Assembly (NCBI GenBank): GCA_050486505.1
Contig: JBJHDK010000005.1
Span: forward strand, 20,953 to 63,718
Origin: Fibrobacteria bacterium
GTDB lineage: Bacteria > Fibrobacterota > Fibrobacteria > UBA11236
Direction: 5' to 3'
Length of the DNA stretch: 42,766 nt
Shown: positions 1 through 7,760 of the stretch, piece after piece
Position numbering within the stretch: position 1 is the stretch's first letter
Layout of the letters: the number at the start of each line of letters is the position of its first letter
Position numbers and translations under genes: made by a program
The notes under the pieces: generated by a model
Databases searched by the model: none
What the model was told of the DNA's origin: nothing
Seen by the model: only the letters and a program-made list of their open reading frames with translations

Positions 1-113
1 CATCGCTGCTGCTGGAAGGCGGCGGCTCCACGCTGGCGTCGGCGTTCGAGGCTGATATAGTGGACAAGGTCTGTTTTTTCATGGCGCCCAAGATTGTCGG
101 GGGACGGGACGCC
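1..113 (+). other. ribD: Partial RibD C-terminal (reductase-domain) coding segment, open at the window edge and in frame with the next gene
   Basis: The frame from nt 3 reads SLLLEGGGSTLASAFEADIVDKVCFFMAPKIVGGRDAVT, matching the RibD_C pattern 'LLVEGG....S....LVD......APKI.GG'. There is no stop before the GGR gene, and roughly the last 35-40 aa expected of RibD are missing. Confidence 0.7.
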
Positions 114-1340
114 GTGACGGCGTCCCGGTACGACGTCGTCGTCGTAGGCGCCGGGCCGACGGGAAGCCTGTGCGCCCGTGATCTGGCGCGCGCGGGCTAC
201 TCCGTGCTGCTGTGCGAAAAGCGCCCGGTTGTGGGAATCCCCGTGCGCTGCGGCGAGGCCACCGGGCCGGTGAAGCGGCTGTCGGACTTCATGACCGTGA
301 ACGAGGATTACATCGAAACCCGCTTCAGCGGCGTGATCCTCAACGGCCCGGGCGGCGTCCGCATCCGCTACGACGCGGGGCGCGAACTGGGCGTGATGCT
401 CGACCGCCGCATCTTCGACCAGGACATCGCCAACCAGGCCGTGCGCGAGGGCGCGGAGCTGCAACTGAATGCGCGCGTGTTCGAAATCTCCGCTGCGTCC
501 AACGGCTCACGCAAGGTGCGCATCGAGCAGAACGGGCAGACCTTCGACATCGAAGCCGCGATGGTGGTGGGAGCCGACGGCGCGGAGTCCCTCAGCGGCA
601 GAATGGCCGGCCTCAAGACCCGCCAACTCCCGCCCTTGACCTGCACCGCCATCGAATTGCGGGTGCGCACCCGCGACGAGAACCCCGACTGCCTCACCTT
701 CTGGCAGGGACACGACTCCATCAACAAGGGCTACATCTGGGTGTTCCCCAAGGTGAAGTCGGGCGTGGTCAACCTGGGCTCGGGCGAACTGATCCCCAAG
801 CTCGGGTCGCGCAACATGTATGACCTTTCGAAGGAATACGCCGACAAGCTCTACCCCGGCGCGGAGATCGAGGAAGTGCACGGCGGCTGCGTGCCGGTGA
901 GCGGCAATCTCGAGGAGTATTCCGCCGACAGGTTTCTGCTCACGGGCGATGCGGCGCATCACACCAATCCCCTCACCGGCGGCGGCATCATGGCCGGCCT
1001 AGTGGGCGGCGAGACGGCGGCGAAGTGGATCGACAAGGGCTTCAAGGCGGGCGATCTGTCCGTCGCGTTTCTCAAAGGGTACGAGCAGGAATGTTGGGCC
1101 CGCTTCGGGAAGAACCACGCGAAAGAGGCGCGCATTCGCGACTTCGTGCTCGGCCTCGGCCCGCGCGACCAGGAGTGGTTCTACCGCATCTTCAAGGGCA
1201 TGGTCGACGGCAAGCTTTCGACCCCGTCGAAAATCGTGGGCTTCTCGCGCCTCGGCCTGCTGGCCGCGAAGAACTTCGGGCACACGAAGAAGACGATCTT
1301 CAGGAAGGACCGGGGGCCCGGCGTTCCGGCGAAGCCCTGA
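114..1340 (+). CDS. Geranylgeranyl reductase family FAD-dependent oxidoreductase (DGGGPL reductase-like)
   Basis: YDVVVVGAGPTGS Rossmann motif, PVRCGEA, VVGADG, GYIWVFPK, LLTGDAAHHTNPLTGGGI. Start taken at GTG 114; the ORF track extends it to 60. Confidence 0.85.
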   Translation: MTASRYDVVVVGAGPTGSLCARDLARAGYSVLLCEKRPVVGIPVRCGEATGPVKRLSDFMTVNEDYIETRFSGVILNGPGGVRIRYDAGRELGVMLDRRIFDQDIANQAVREGAELQLNARVFEISAASNGSRKVRIEQNGQTFDIEAAMVVGADGAESLSGRMAGLKTRQLPPLTCTAIELRVRTRDENPDCLTFWQGHDSINKGYIWVFPKVKSGVVNLGSGELIPKLGSRNMYDLSKEYADKLYPGAEIEEVHGGCVPVSGNLEEYSADRFLLTGDAAHHTNPLTGGGIMAGLVGGETAAKWIDKGFKAGDLSVAFLKGYEQECWARFGKNHAKEARIRDFVLGLGPRDQEWFYRIFKGMVDGKLSTPSKIVGFSRLGLLAAKNFGHTKKTIFRKDRGPGVPAKP

Positions 1341-1380
1341 CCGGGGCCGGACCGGGGCATTCCCGGGCCCGGCGAAGCAT

Positions 1381-1737
1381 TCAGAACGTCAGCACGCGAT
1401 CGCTGTCCGCCACCCATTCCGCCAGCGCCTGCATGGTGGACTTCTCCGCACCGGGGTAATAGGGTTCATTCCTGTGCAGGCCGCAGCGTGCCATGCAGGT
1501 GCCGCACACCTGGACCTGAACTCCGCGCGCGATGAGATCCTTTAGCATCTGTACCAGATCCTGATCGTAGGCCGCGGGAGGCTTGCAGGATTCGCGCGCG
1601 AGGTCGACTGCGTCGTTCATGAGGAAGATGCGGACTTCGTGGCTGTTTTCGGCGAGCTTGCCCGCCAGACGCAAGCCGTTCCAGGCTACGTCGGTGCCGT
1701 CGTAGGGTTGCCGGTTGAAGATCAGCAGGGTTTTCAT
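1381..1737 (-). CDS. DsrE/DsrF/YchN-family protein (sulfur relay-like)
   Basis: MKTLLIFNRQPYDGTD...VRIFLMNDAVDLA...CGTCMARCG...STMQALAEWVADSDRVLTF. AAGGAAAGG lies before ATG 1737; the longer ORF extension is translated repeat DNA. Confidence 0.85.
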   Translation of the reverse strand: MKTLLIFNRQPYDGTDVAWNGLRLAGKLAENSHEVRIFLMNDAVDLARESCKPPAAYDQDLVQMLKDLIARGVQVQVCGTCMARCGLHRNEPYYPGAEKSTMQALAEWVADSDRVLTF

Positions 1738-1807
1738 GCGGGAGACCTTTCCTTGTGACGACACAAGAATAGCCGGGCCGCAAGAAGGCGTCCGTGACCA
1801 AAGGCAC

Positions 1808-1924
1808 GGAGCCGCCTCGCCCGCCCCCGTTGTGATGCCGGGGGACCTGTAAGGGCGAGGCGCTGCCTCGTCCGCAACCGCTGTGACACCAAGGGACCTG
1901 TAAGGGCGAGGCGCTGCCTCGCCC
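1808..1924 (+). repeat. About 2.5 tandem units of 51 bp, each carrying a REP-like palindrome GTAA-GGGCGAGGC-GCT-GCCTCG(C/T)CC
   Basis: GGGACCTGTAAGGGCGAGGCGCTGCCTCG is identical at 1842-1870 and 1893-1921. A degenerate third copy (GCCGCCTCGCCC) sits at 1811, also 51 bp offset. Confidence 0.8.
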
Positions 1925-2070
1925 AAAACCCCCGTTATCACGCAGAAACCCCGCCCGAAGGAACGATTTCAGGGGTGCCCCCCAAGCCCTTCACAGCAAG
2001 TTTCCGTTTTGCCCGAACAAAGCTAAATTGGACGACCGGCTTTATCCGCAAATCCACAAGGAGTTTTTCC

Positions 2071-3378
2071 ATGGCTGACTTTTTCCCCGGCATCGACAAG
2101 ATCAAGTACGAGGGTCCGGATTCCAAGAATTTCCTCGCATTCAAGTATTACGACGCCGACAAGAAGGTCGGGGGCAAGACCATGCGCGACTGGCTCAAGT
2201 TCTCCGTCGCGTACTGGCACAGCTTCCGCGGCACGGGCGCCGACCCGTTCGGCCCCGGCACCATCAAGCGCCACTGGGAAGACGGCACCAACTCCGTCGA
2301 CAACGCCAAGCGCCGCATGGACGCCGCCTTCGAGTTCTTCCAGAAGCTCGGCAACCCCTACTGGTGTTTCCATGACCGCGACATCGCCCCCGAAGGCGCC
2401 ACGCTTGCAGAGAGCCACAAGAACCTCGACGCCATCGTGGCCCACGCCAAGCAGTGGCAACAGCAGACCGGCGTCAAGCTCCTCTGGGGTACGGCCAACC
2501 TGTTCTCGAACCCCCGCTACATGAACGGCGGCGGCACCAACCCCGATGCGCACGTCGTGGCCTACGCCGCGGCCCAGGTCAAGAAGGCGATGGAAGTCAC
2601 CCTCGAGCTGGGCGGCGAAGGCTACGTGTTCTGGGGCGGCCGCGAAGGCTACCAGAGCCTGCTCAACACCGACATGAAGCGCGAGCTCGACCACTTCGCG
2701 CGCTTCCTGCAGCTGGCCGCCGACTACAAGAAGGAAATCGGCTTCAAGGGCACGCTCCTCATCGAGCCCAAGCCCAAGGAACCTACCAAGCACCAGTACG
2801 ACTTCGACGCCGCCACGGTGATGGGCTTCCTCCGCACCTACGGGCTCGAGAAGGAATACCAGATCAACGTCGAGGCCAACCACGCGACCCTCGCGGGCCA
2901 CACCTTCGAGCATGATCTCGAGATCTCCTCGCGCTACGGCCAGCTCGGCTCCATCGACGCCAACACCGGCGACGCGCAGCTCGGCTGGGACACCGACCAA
3001 TTCAACATGGACATCAAGAGCACCACGCTCGCGATGCTCGTGGTCATGAACCAGGGCGGCCTGCCGGTCGGCATCAACTTCGACGCCAAGGTGCGCCGCG
3101 AGTCCACCGACCTCGAAGACCTGTTCATCGCCCACATCGGCGGCATGGACTCCTTCGCGCGCGGCCTGATCAATGCCTCGAAGATCCTCGACGACGGCAC
3201 GCTCGCCTCATGGGTGAAGAACCGCTACTCCAGCTTCGACTCCGGCATCGGCAAGGACTTCGAGGCCGGCAAGGCGGACTTCAAGGCCCTCGAAAAGTGG
3301 GTCATGAACGCGGGCGAGCCCAAGCAGATCTCCGGCCAGCAGGAGAAGTACGAGGTCCTGCTGAACCAGTACGTCTGA
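2071..3378 (+). CDS. xylA: Xylose isomerase (class II)
   Basis: [97 protein letters not shown] before ATG 2071. Confidence 0.97.
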   Translation: MADFFPGIDKIKYEGPDSKNFLAFKYYDADKKVGGKTMRDWLKFSVAYWHSFRGTGADPFGPGTIKRHWEDGTNSVDNAKRRMDAAFEFFQKLGNPYWCFHDRDIAPEGATLAESHKNLDAIVAHAKQWQQQTGVKLLWGTANLFSNPRYMNGGGTNPDAHVVAYAAAQVKKAMEVTLELGGEGYVFWGGREGYQSLLNTDMKRELDHFARFLQLAADYKKEIGFKGTLLIEPKPKEPTKHQYDFDAATVMGFLRTYGLEKEYQINVEANHATLAGHTFEHDLEISSRYGQLGSIDANTGDAQLGWDTDQFNMDIKSTTLAMLVVMNQGGLPVGINFDAKVRRESTDLEDLFIAHIGGMDSFARGLINASKILDDGTLASWVKNRYSSFDSGIGKDFEAGKADFKALEKWVMNAGEPKQISGQQEKYEVLLNQYV

Positions 3379-3420
3379 TTGCGTCCGGATCACGATCCGG
3401 TCTCGATCCGGCTTCGATCG

Positions 3421-3451
3421 AACCCCGTTCCTTGCTGAGCGGGGTTTTTTC
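3421..3451 (+). terminator. Rho-independent terminator after xylA
   Basis: Stem AACCCCGTTC / GAGCGGGGTT with a 6-nt loop, followed by a T run. Confidence 0.75.
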
Positions 3452-3598
3452 GTGGATTCCCGGAAGAGGGGGGCACCCGGTGACGGCAATCCCCCTGTCC
3501 GGTGTTCCATGCGGGCGGACCCGGACGTTTCGGTTGCCCAACCGACTTTGTACCTTGTCCCCTCGGTTTTCAGAATTTGCCCGCATTTTGAGGTGATT

Positions 3599-4459
3599 AT
3601 GCCCCTTTTCCCCGACGGATTCATGCGTCCGACTCTCCGCCATTCCGGTGGCGGCTTCGCGGCGGCGACCTTGTGCGCGCTGGCGCTTTTCGGCTTGTCC
3701 GGTCTCTCGTCCCCCGCCTTCGCGCAAGAAACCCTGAGCTCGGTGCAGCGCGAACTCGACCGCGTCGAGCGCGAGATCGAGCGCGAACGCGAGCTGCACC
3801 GCCAAGAGCGCGCCCGCGCCGAGGAGTTCGACCGCCAGAAGGACGTGCGGCTCCAGGCCCTCCGCGACCAGATGGCGCTGACCGATGCCCGCATCGACAG
3901 CCTGCGCGGTCGCATGGAAACCGAGCAGCGCCGCCGCACCGCGCAGCGCAACGTCGCGGCGCAGTTCCAGCAGCGGCAGCAGGCGTTTCGCCGCGACCTG
4001 GGGCGCGAGATCGACACCATGCTCGCATGGGTCAACGGAGACTTCCCCTACCAGCGCGAGCGCCGCGTGTCGGAATGGCGCGATCTCGCGGAGGGCAACC
4101 GCGAGTCCACGATTCCGGTCGAAGAAGTGTTGATGCGCCTGTTCGGCTTGGTCGAAACCTCCATCGACTTCTCGCGCAACACCGAAGCCTACCCGGGCAC
4201 CTACACCACCGCGTCGGGCGCGCGCCACGAAGGATTCTACGTGCGCGCGGGTGCGGTGCTGATGGTGTTCTCCTCCAACGACGGCCAGGTGCAAGCCTAC
4301 CTCGCGCGCGAGAACGGAGCCTACGTCTGGCGCGAGGACGGCCTTTCCTCCGATGTCCGCGGCTCCATCCGCACGGCGGTGAGCGTGGCCCAGGGTCGCG
4401 AGGCGCCGAGGCTGGTGCCCTTGCCGGTCGAAGTGGCCGCGAAGGGGGGCGCGCAGTGA
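3599..4459 (+). CDS. DUF3450 / TtpB-like periplasmic coiled-coil protein of a TonB operon
   Basis: Signal peptide ending PAFAQ, long coiled coil, 'DFPYQRERRV', 'YVRAGAVLMVFSSNDG', 'A...AQGREAPRLVPLPV'. GAGGTG before ATG 3599. First gene of the exbB-exbD-tonB cluster. Confidence 0.75.
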   Translation: MPLFPDGFMRPTLRHSGGGFAAATLCALALFGLSGLSSPAFAQETLSSVQRELDRVEREIERERELHRQERARAEEFDRQKDVRLQALRDQMALTDARIDSLRGRMETEQRRRTAQRNVAAQFQQRQQAFRRDLGREIDTMLAWVNGDFPYQRERRVSEWRDLAEGNRESTIPVEEVLMRLFGLVETSIDFSRNTEAYPGTYTTASGARHEGFYVRAGAVLMVFSSNDGQVQAYLARENGAYVWREDGLSSDVRGSIRTAVSVAQGREAPRLVPLPVEVAAKGGAQ

Positions 4460-5988
4460 ACGCCGCAATCCGTTTGATGAACCGGATGTGTGTGGGGGCA
4501 AATCATTATTTGCCCCCACACATCGTCCCGATCGCCGTGATGGCGGCGTTCATGGCCTTCGCAGTCGAAACCTCCGCCCAGGTCCGCGTCGACGACCAGC
4601 GCGACCAGATCGCCGGCCTGCAGATCGAGCTGGAGCAGGCGCGCCAGCTGCGCGACCTCGTGCTGGCCCGCCGCTGGGACGACAAGCAGCGCGACACCGA
4701 GGCGCGCGAGCGCTTCAACCGCGAGTACGACGAGCTGAAGAGCGCGCTCGAGCTGCGCATCCAGGAGGCGGAGCGCCTGCACGCAGAGATCCAGCAGCAC
4801 CTGCGCGATGCCGAGGAGGCGCAGGCGCGCGCCGAGAGCGAGCGCGTCCGCTTCCTCAACCTCTCGACCATCCTGCGCGACAAGGCGCGCAGCCTCTCCG
4901 ACCCGATCGAGCGCGGCTTCCCGGCGCGCGTGCCCGAGCGCGTGCAGGCCCTGAACCGCGTGCTGCAGAATGCGGACACCCGCCGCGACGCGCCGGGCGA
5001 GATCCTGTCAGGGCTGATGGGATTCCTGCGCGCCGAACTGGCGCTGGGCCGCGAGATTTCCCTGGAGCGTCGCGGCTTCATCCGATCCAACAGCGAACCG
5101 GGCGAAGGGTGGTTCCTGCGCGTGGGCATGATCACGGCAGCCTACAAGGACGACCTCTCGGGGCGCAACGGCTTGCTGCTGAAGAACCCGGCCGGGCAGT
5201 TCCTGACGCCCTTCGGCTGGAGAGAGGAACTTCCCGGCGACGTTTCGTCCGCGCTGGCGCGTGCCATGACGACGCTCGAAAAGGAATCGGGGGAGGCGGT
5301 GCTCCTCCCGGTGGACGTGCTGCTGACGCAAAACCTGTCGAAGGTTTACACCCAGGCTTCGGACAAAGGATTTTGGGAGACCGTCGTCGACCTCGTCAAA
5401 ACCGGCGGCGTGTTCATGGTGCCGCTGATCATCGTCTTCTTCCTTGCGATCGCCCTGTTCATCCGCAAGTTCATCCAGATCCGCCGGGTTCGCAAGGGCA
5501 TGGAGCACTACGAGGCGGCCACCGCCAAGGCCGAGCGCGGCGATGCCGCGGGCCTGCGCGCGCTGCACACGCAGCACCCGCACAACCTCGTGCTCCGCGT
5601 GCTCGACGCCATCGGCGCGCGGCGCGAGGCGGGGCGCGTCCATTCCGAGAAGGCCGTCCGCGAAATCATGATGCTCGAAGTGCCCCGCCTCGAGCGTGGC
5701 TTGACCACCCTCGCTGTGCTCGCGGCCGCCGCGCCGATGCTCGGCCTGCTGGGTACCATCTCCGGTCTCATCGCCATGTTCCAGGTCATCACCGACCTCG
5801 GCGTGAACGATCCCAAGCTGTTGGCGGGCGGCATCGGCGAGGCCCTCGTCACCACGGAGGCCGGCCTGCTCATCGCCATCCCCGTGCTGCTGGCGCACAA
5901 CTTCCTCGCGAACCGCGTCGACGACATGGTCGCCGAGGCGGAATACCACGCCGCCCGCACGCTCAACAACGTGTGGCCCGGAGGCTGA
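4456..5988 (+). CDS. TtpC-like large MotA/TolQ/ExbB proton-channel protein with N-terminal coiled-coil extension
   Basis: C-terminal AAAPMLGLLGTISGLIAMF...LAGGIGEALVTTEAGLLIAIP. GTG 4456 overlaps the upstream TGA (GTGA); the true start could be 4537/4540. Confidence 0.85.
   Translation: MNAAIRLMNRMCVGANHYLPPHIVPIAVMAAFMAFAVETSAQVRVDDQRDQIAGLQIELEQARQLRDLVLARRWDDKQRDTEARERFNREYDELKSALELRIQEAERLHAEIQQHLRDAEEAQARAESERVRFLNLSTILRDKARSLSDPIERGFPARVPERVQALNRVLQNADTRRDAPGEILSGLMGFLRAELALGREISLERRGFIRSNSEPGEGWFLRVGMITAAYKDDLSGRNGLLLKNPAGQFLTPFGWREELPGDVSSALARAMTTLEKESGEAVLLPVDVLLTQNLSKVYTQASDKGFWETVVDLVKTGGVFMVPLIIVFFLAIALFIRKFIQIRRVRKGMEHYEAATAKAERGDAAGLRALHTQHPHNLVLRVLDAIGARREAGRVHSEKAVREIMMLEVPRLERGLTTLAVLAAAAPMLGLLGTISGLIAMFQVITDLGVNDPKLLAGGIGEALVTTEAGLLIAIPVLLAHNFLANRVDDMVAEAEYHAARTLNNVWPGG
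4489..4522. repeat. REP-like perfect palindrome inside the 5' coding region of the TtpC-like gene
   Basis: TGTGTGGGGGCAAAT-CATT-ATTTGCCCCCACACA (15-bp stem). Its arms match the GTAGGGGCAAAT...ATTTGCCCCTAC elements at 22767 and 23436. Confidence 0.75.
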
Positions 5989-5989
5989 C

Positions 5990-6667
5990 ATGCAGGACCT
6001 TCCGATCCTGTTCGACGCGACCTGGCGCCTTGTCAAGCAGGGCGGCTGGATCATGTTCGCCGTCTTCGTGCTGGGCCAGATCGGGTGGTACTTCGTCATG
6101 GAGCGCTGGTGGCACTATCGCATGCGCACGGCGCCGGTCAAGGACCTCCTCGGCGACGTCGGGACCGATCCCGAGGCCCTGGAGCGCCGCCTGCTTTCCG
6201 ACCCGCGCCTGCGCGGCGACTTCGCCGAGGTCGTGCGCGGCCTCGCGGCTTCGCGTCCCCACGGGGAGCGCGCCATGGTCGCCAAGGCGCGCGAGGTGAT
6301 CGGTGAAATCAGCCACAACCTGCGTCGTCGCCTCAATACCATCGCGGTCGTGGCCGCTGCCGCGCCCTTGCTGGGCCTGGCCGGCACCATCAGCGGCATC
6401 ATGATCACCTTCGGGATCATCAGCCTGTACGGCTCGGGGAACCCCGCCATGATGGCCGGCGGCATCGCGCGGGCCCTGATGATCACCGAGGCGGCCCTCG
6501 TCGTCGCGCTTCCCCTGCTCATCCTGCACGACCGGCTCCACAACCGCGCCGAGGCCATCGAGAACGACTGCGTGCTGGGAGCCACCCGCTTGATCCGGGT
6601 GTACGCGCCGAGCGCCGAGGCTCCCCCGTTGTCCCCCCCGTCGGTGGGGGAGAGGAGCGTGACATGA
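5990..6667 (+). CDS. exbB: MotA/TolQ/ExbB proton channel protein
   Basis: AAAPLLGLAGTISGIMITF...MAGGIARALMITEAALVVALP; three hydrophobic segments; operon context. Confidence 0.88.
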   Translation: MQDLPILFDATWRLVKQGGWIMFAVFVLGQIGWYFVMERWWHYRMRTAPVKDLLGDVGTDPEALERRLLSDPRLRGDFAEVVRGLAASRPHGERAMVAKAREVIGEISHNLRRRLNTIAVVAAAAPLLGLAGTISGIMITFGIISLYGSGNPAMMAGGIARALMITEAALVVALPLLILHDRLHNRAEAIENDCVLGATRLIRVYAPSAEAPPLSPPSVGERSVT

Positions 6668-7080
6668 ACGCCGAAGACGAATTCGGGCTCAAGCGCCGTC
6701 CTCGCCGCGCGGCGGAGATCAACCTGATCAACATGATCGACATGTTGTTCTTTCTCATCGTGTTCTTCGTGATCACCAGCAGCTTCACCACCGAGACGGG
6801 CCTCGACATCGAGAAGCCGCAGGCGCAAAGCTCCGAGACGCTGCCGCAGCAACCCGTTCTCATCGCCATCACGCGCGAGGGAAACATCCACGTCAACGAG
6901 AGCCCGGTCAGCCCCCAGGCGTTGGGCGGCATCCTGCGCCACTACATCGCGCTCGATCCCGACCGCTCCGTGGTCATCGTCGCCGACCGTGAGGCCATGA
7001 TCTCGCATGCGGTCGACGTGCTCGACGAATGCAACCGCGCCAACGTGCGCAACGTCTCCATCTCCACCGTGCGGGAATGA
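6664..7080 (+). CDS. exbD: Biopolymer transport protein ExbD/TolR
   Basis: EINLINMIDMLFFLIVFFVITSSF transmembrane segment with the conserved Asp; VVIVADRE; ATGA overlap with exbB. Confidence 0.92.
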   Translation: MNAEDEFGLKRRPRRAAEINLINMIDMLFFLIVFFVITSSFTTETGLDIEKPQAQSSETLPQQPVLIAITREGNIHVNESPVSPQALGGILRHYIALDPDRSVVIVADREAMISHAVDVLDECNRANVRNVSISTVRE

Positions 7081-7760
7081 AAAAAAAGCTGGCGATTCCC
7101 TTCGTGTTCCTCGCCGCGCTTCTGTTCAACGGGGCGCTGTTCTTCTTCGTGCCCTTCCTGCAGGCAGCCTTCAACACGCCGCAGCTCGAGAAGGAAGAAC
7201 GCGATCCCGAAGTGCGCCGCGACCTCGTTCTCCCCGACTTCACGCCGCCCGACCCGGACATCCGTGAAATCCGCGAAGTCGTCGTCGACCCCGTGTCCGA
7301 GCCCCAGGTGGCGGAGACGCGCCCCGTGTTTCCGGGTGGGGGGCTCGCCATCGACCTCAGCCCCGTCGGGGGCGCGGGATCCATGTCCCTCGTCTCGGGG
7401 GGGGACCGCACCGGGCCGCTCGGCTCCGGAACCGGAGGCGGACAGGGCGCGGGCCTCGGCGCCATGATCTACGAGCCGGGGCAGACCGATTCCGACGCGC
7501 GCATTTCAGGGCCCGACCAGACGCCGCGCTATCCCCCGCGCGCCGAACGCGAGGGCGTCACGGGCTTCGTGGACCTGCTCTTCGTCGTCAACGAAGCCGG
7601 CATGGCCGAACAAATCACCGTGCTGCGCGAGCAGCCCCAAGGCTACGGATTCGCGCAGGCAGCCATCGAGTCGGTGCGCCGGCTGCGCTTCCAGCCCGCC
7701 ATGCTCGAGCGCACTCCCGTCAAGCAGCGCGTGCGCCGCCGCATCAACTTCGAGCTGTGA
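7077..7760 (+). CDS. tonB: Energy transducer TonB
   Basis: N-terminal TM segment, Pro/Gly-rich linker, TonB_C motif PRYPPRAEREGVTGFVDLLFVVNEAG...GFAQAAIESVRRLRFQPA. ATG 7077 overlaps the exbD stop. Confidence 0.9.
   Translation: MKKKLAIPFVFLAALLFNGALFFFVPFLQAAFNTPQLEKEERDPEVRRDLVLPDFTPPDPDIREIREVVVDPVSEPQVAETRPVFPGGGLAIDLSPVGGAGSMSLVSGGDRTGPLGSGTGGGQGAGLGAMIYEPGQTDSDARISGPDQTPRYPPRAEREGVTGFVDLLFVVNEAGMAEQITVLREQPQGYGFAQAAIESVRRLRFQPAMLERTPVKQRVRRRINFEL

Noticed and set aside
1808..1924. Possible mini-CRISPR (29-nt repeat with about 22-nt linkers)
   Set aside because: Only two full repeats, the linkers resemble each other and are short, there are no cas genes, and the palindrome has REP form.
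1738..1941. 68-aa N-terminal extension of the DsrE ORF in the ORF track
   Set aside because: It is the translation of the 51-bp tandem repeat. The RBS and family homology start at ATG 1737.
2023..3135. Long antisense and alternate-frame ORFs (for example 2023-3135, 4488-6299, 11865-13343, 18060-19475, 20175-21410)
   Set aside because: Shadow ORFs expected in high-GC DNA. They overlap well-supported genes and have Arg/Ala/Pro-rich or mirror-codon composition without motifs.
3452..3598. Possible cobalamin or other riboswitch upstream of the TonB operon
   Set aside because: GC-rich hairpins are present, but I could not find the conserved B12-box or other aptamer core motifs. An Rfam scan would settle it.
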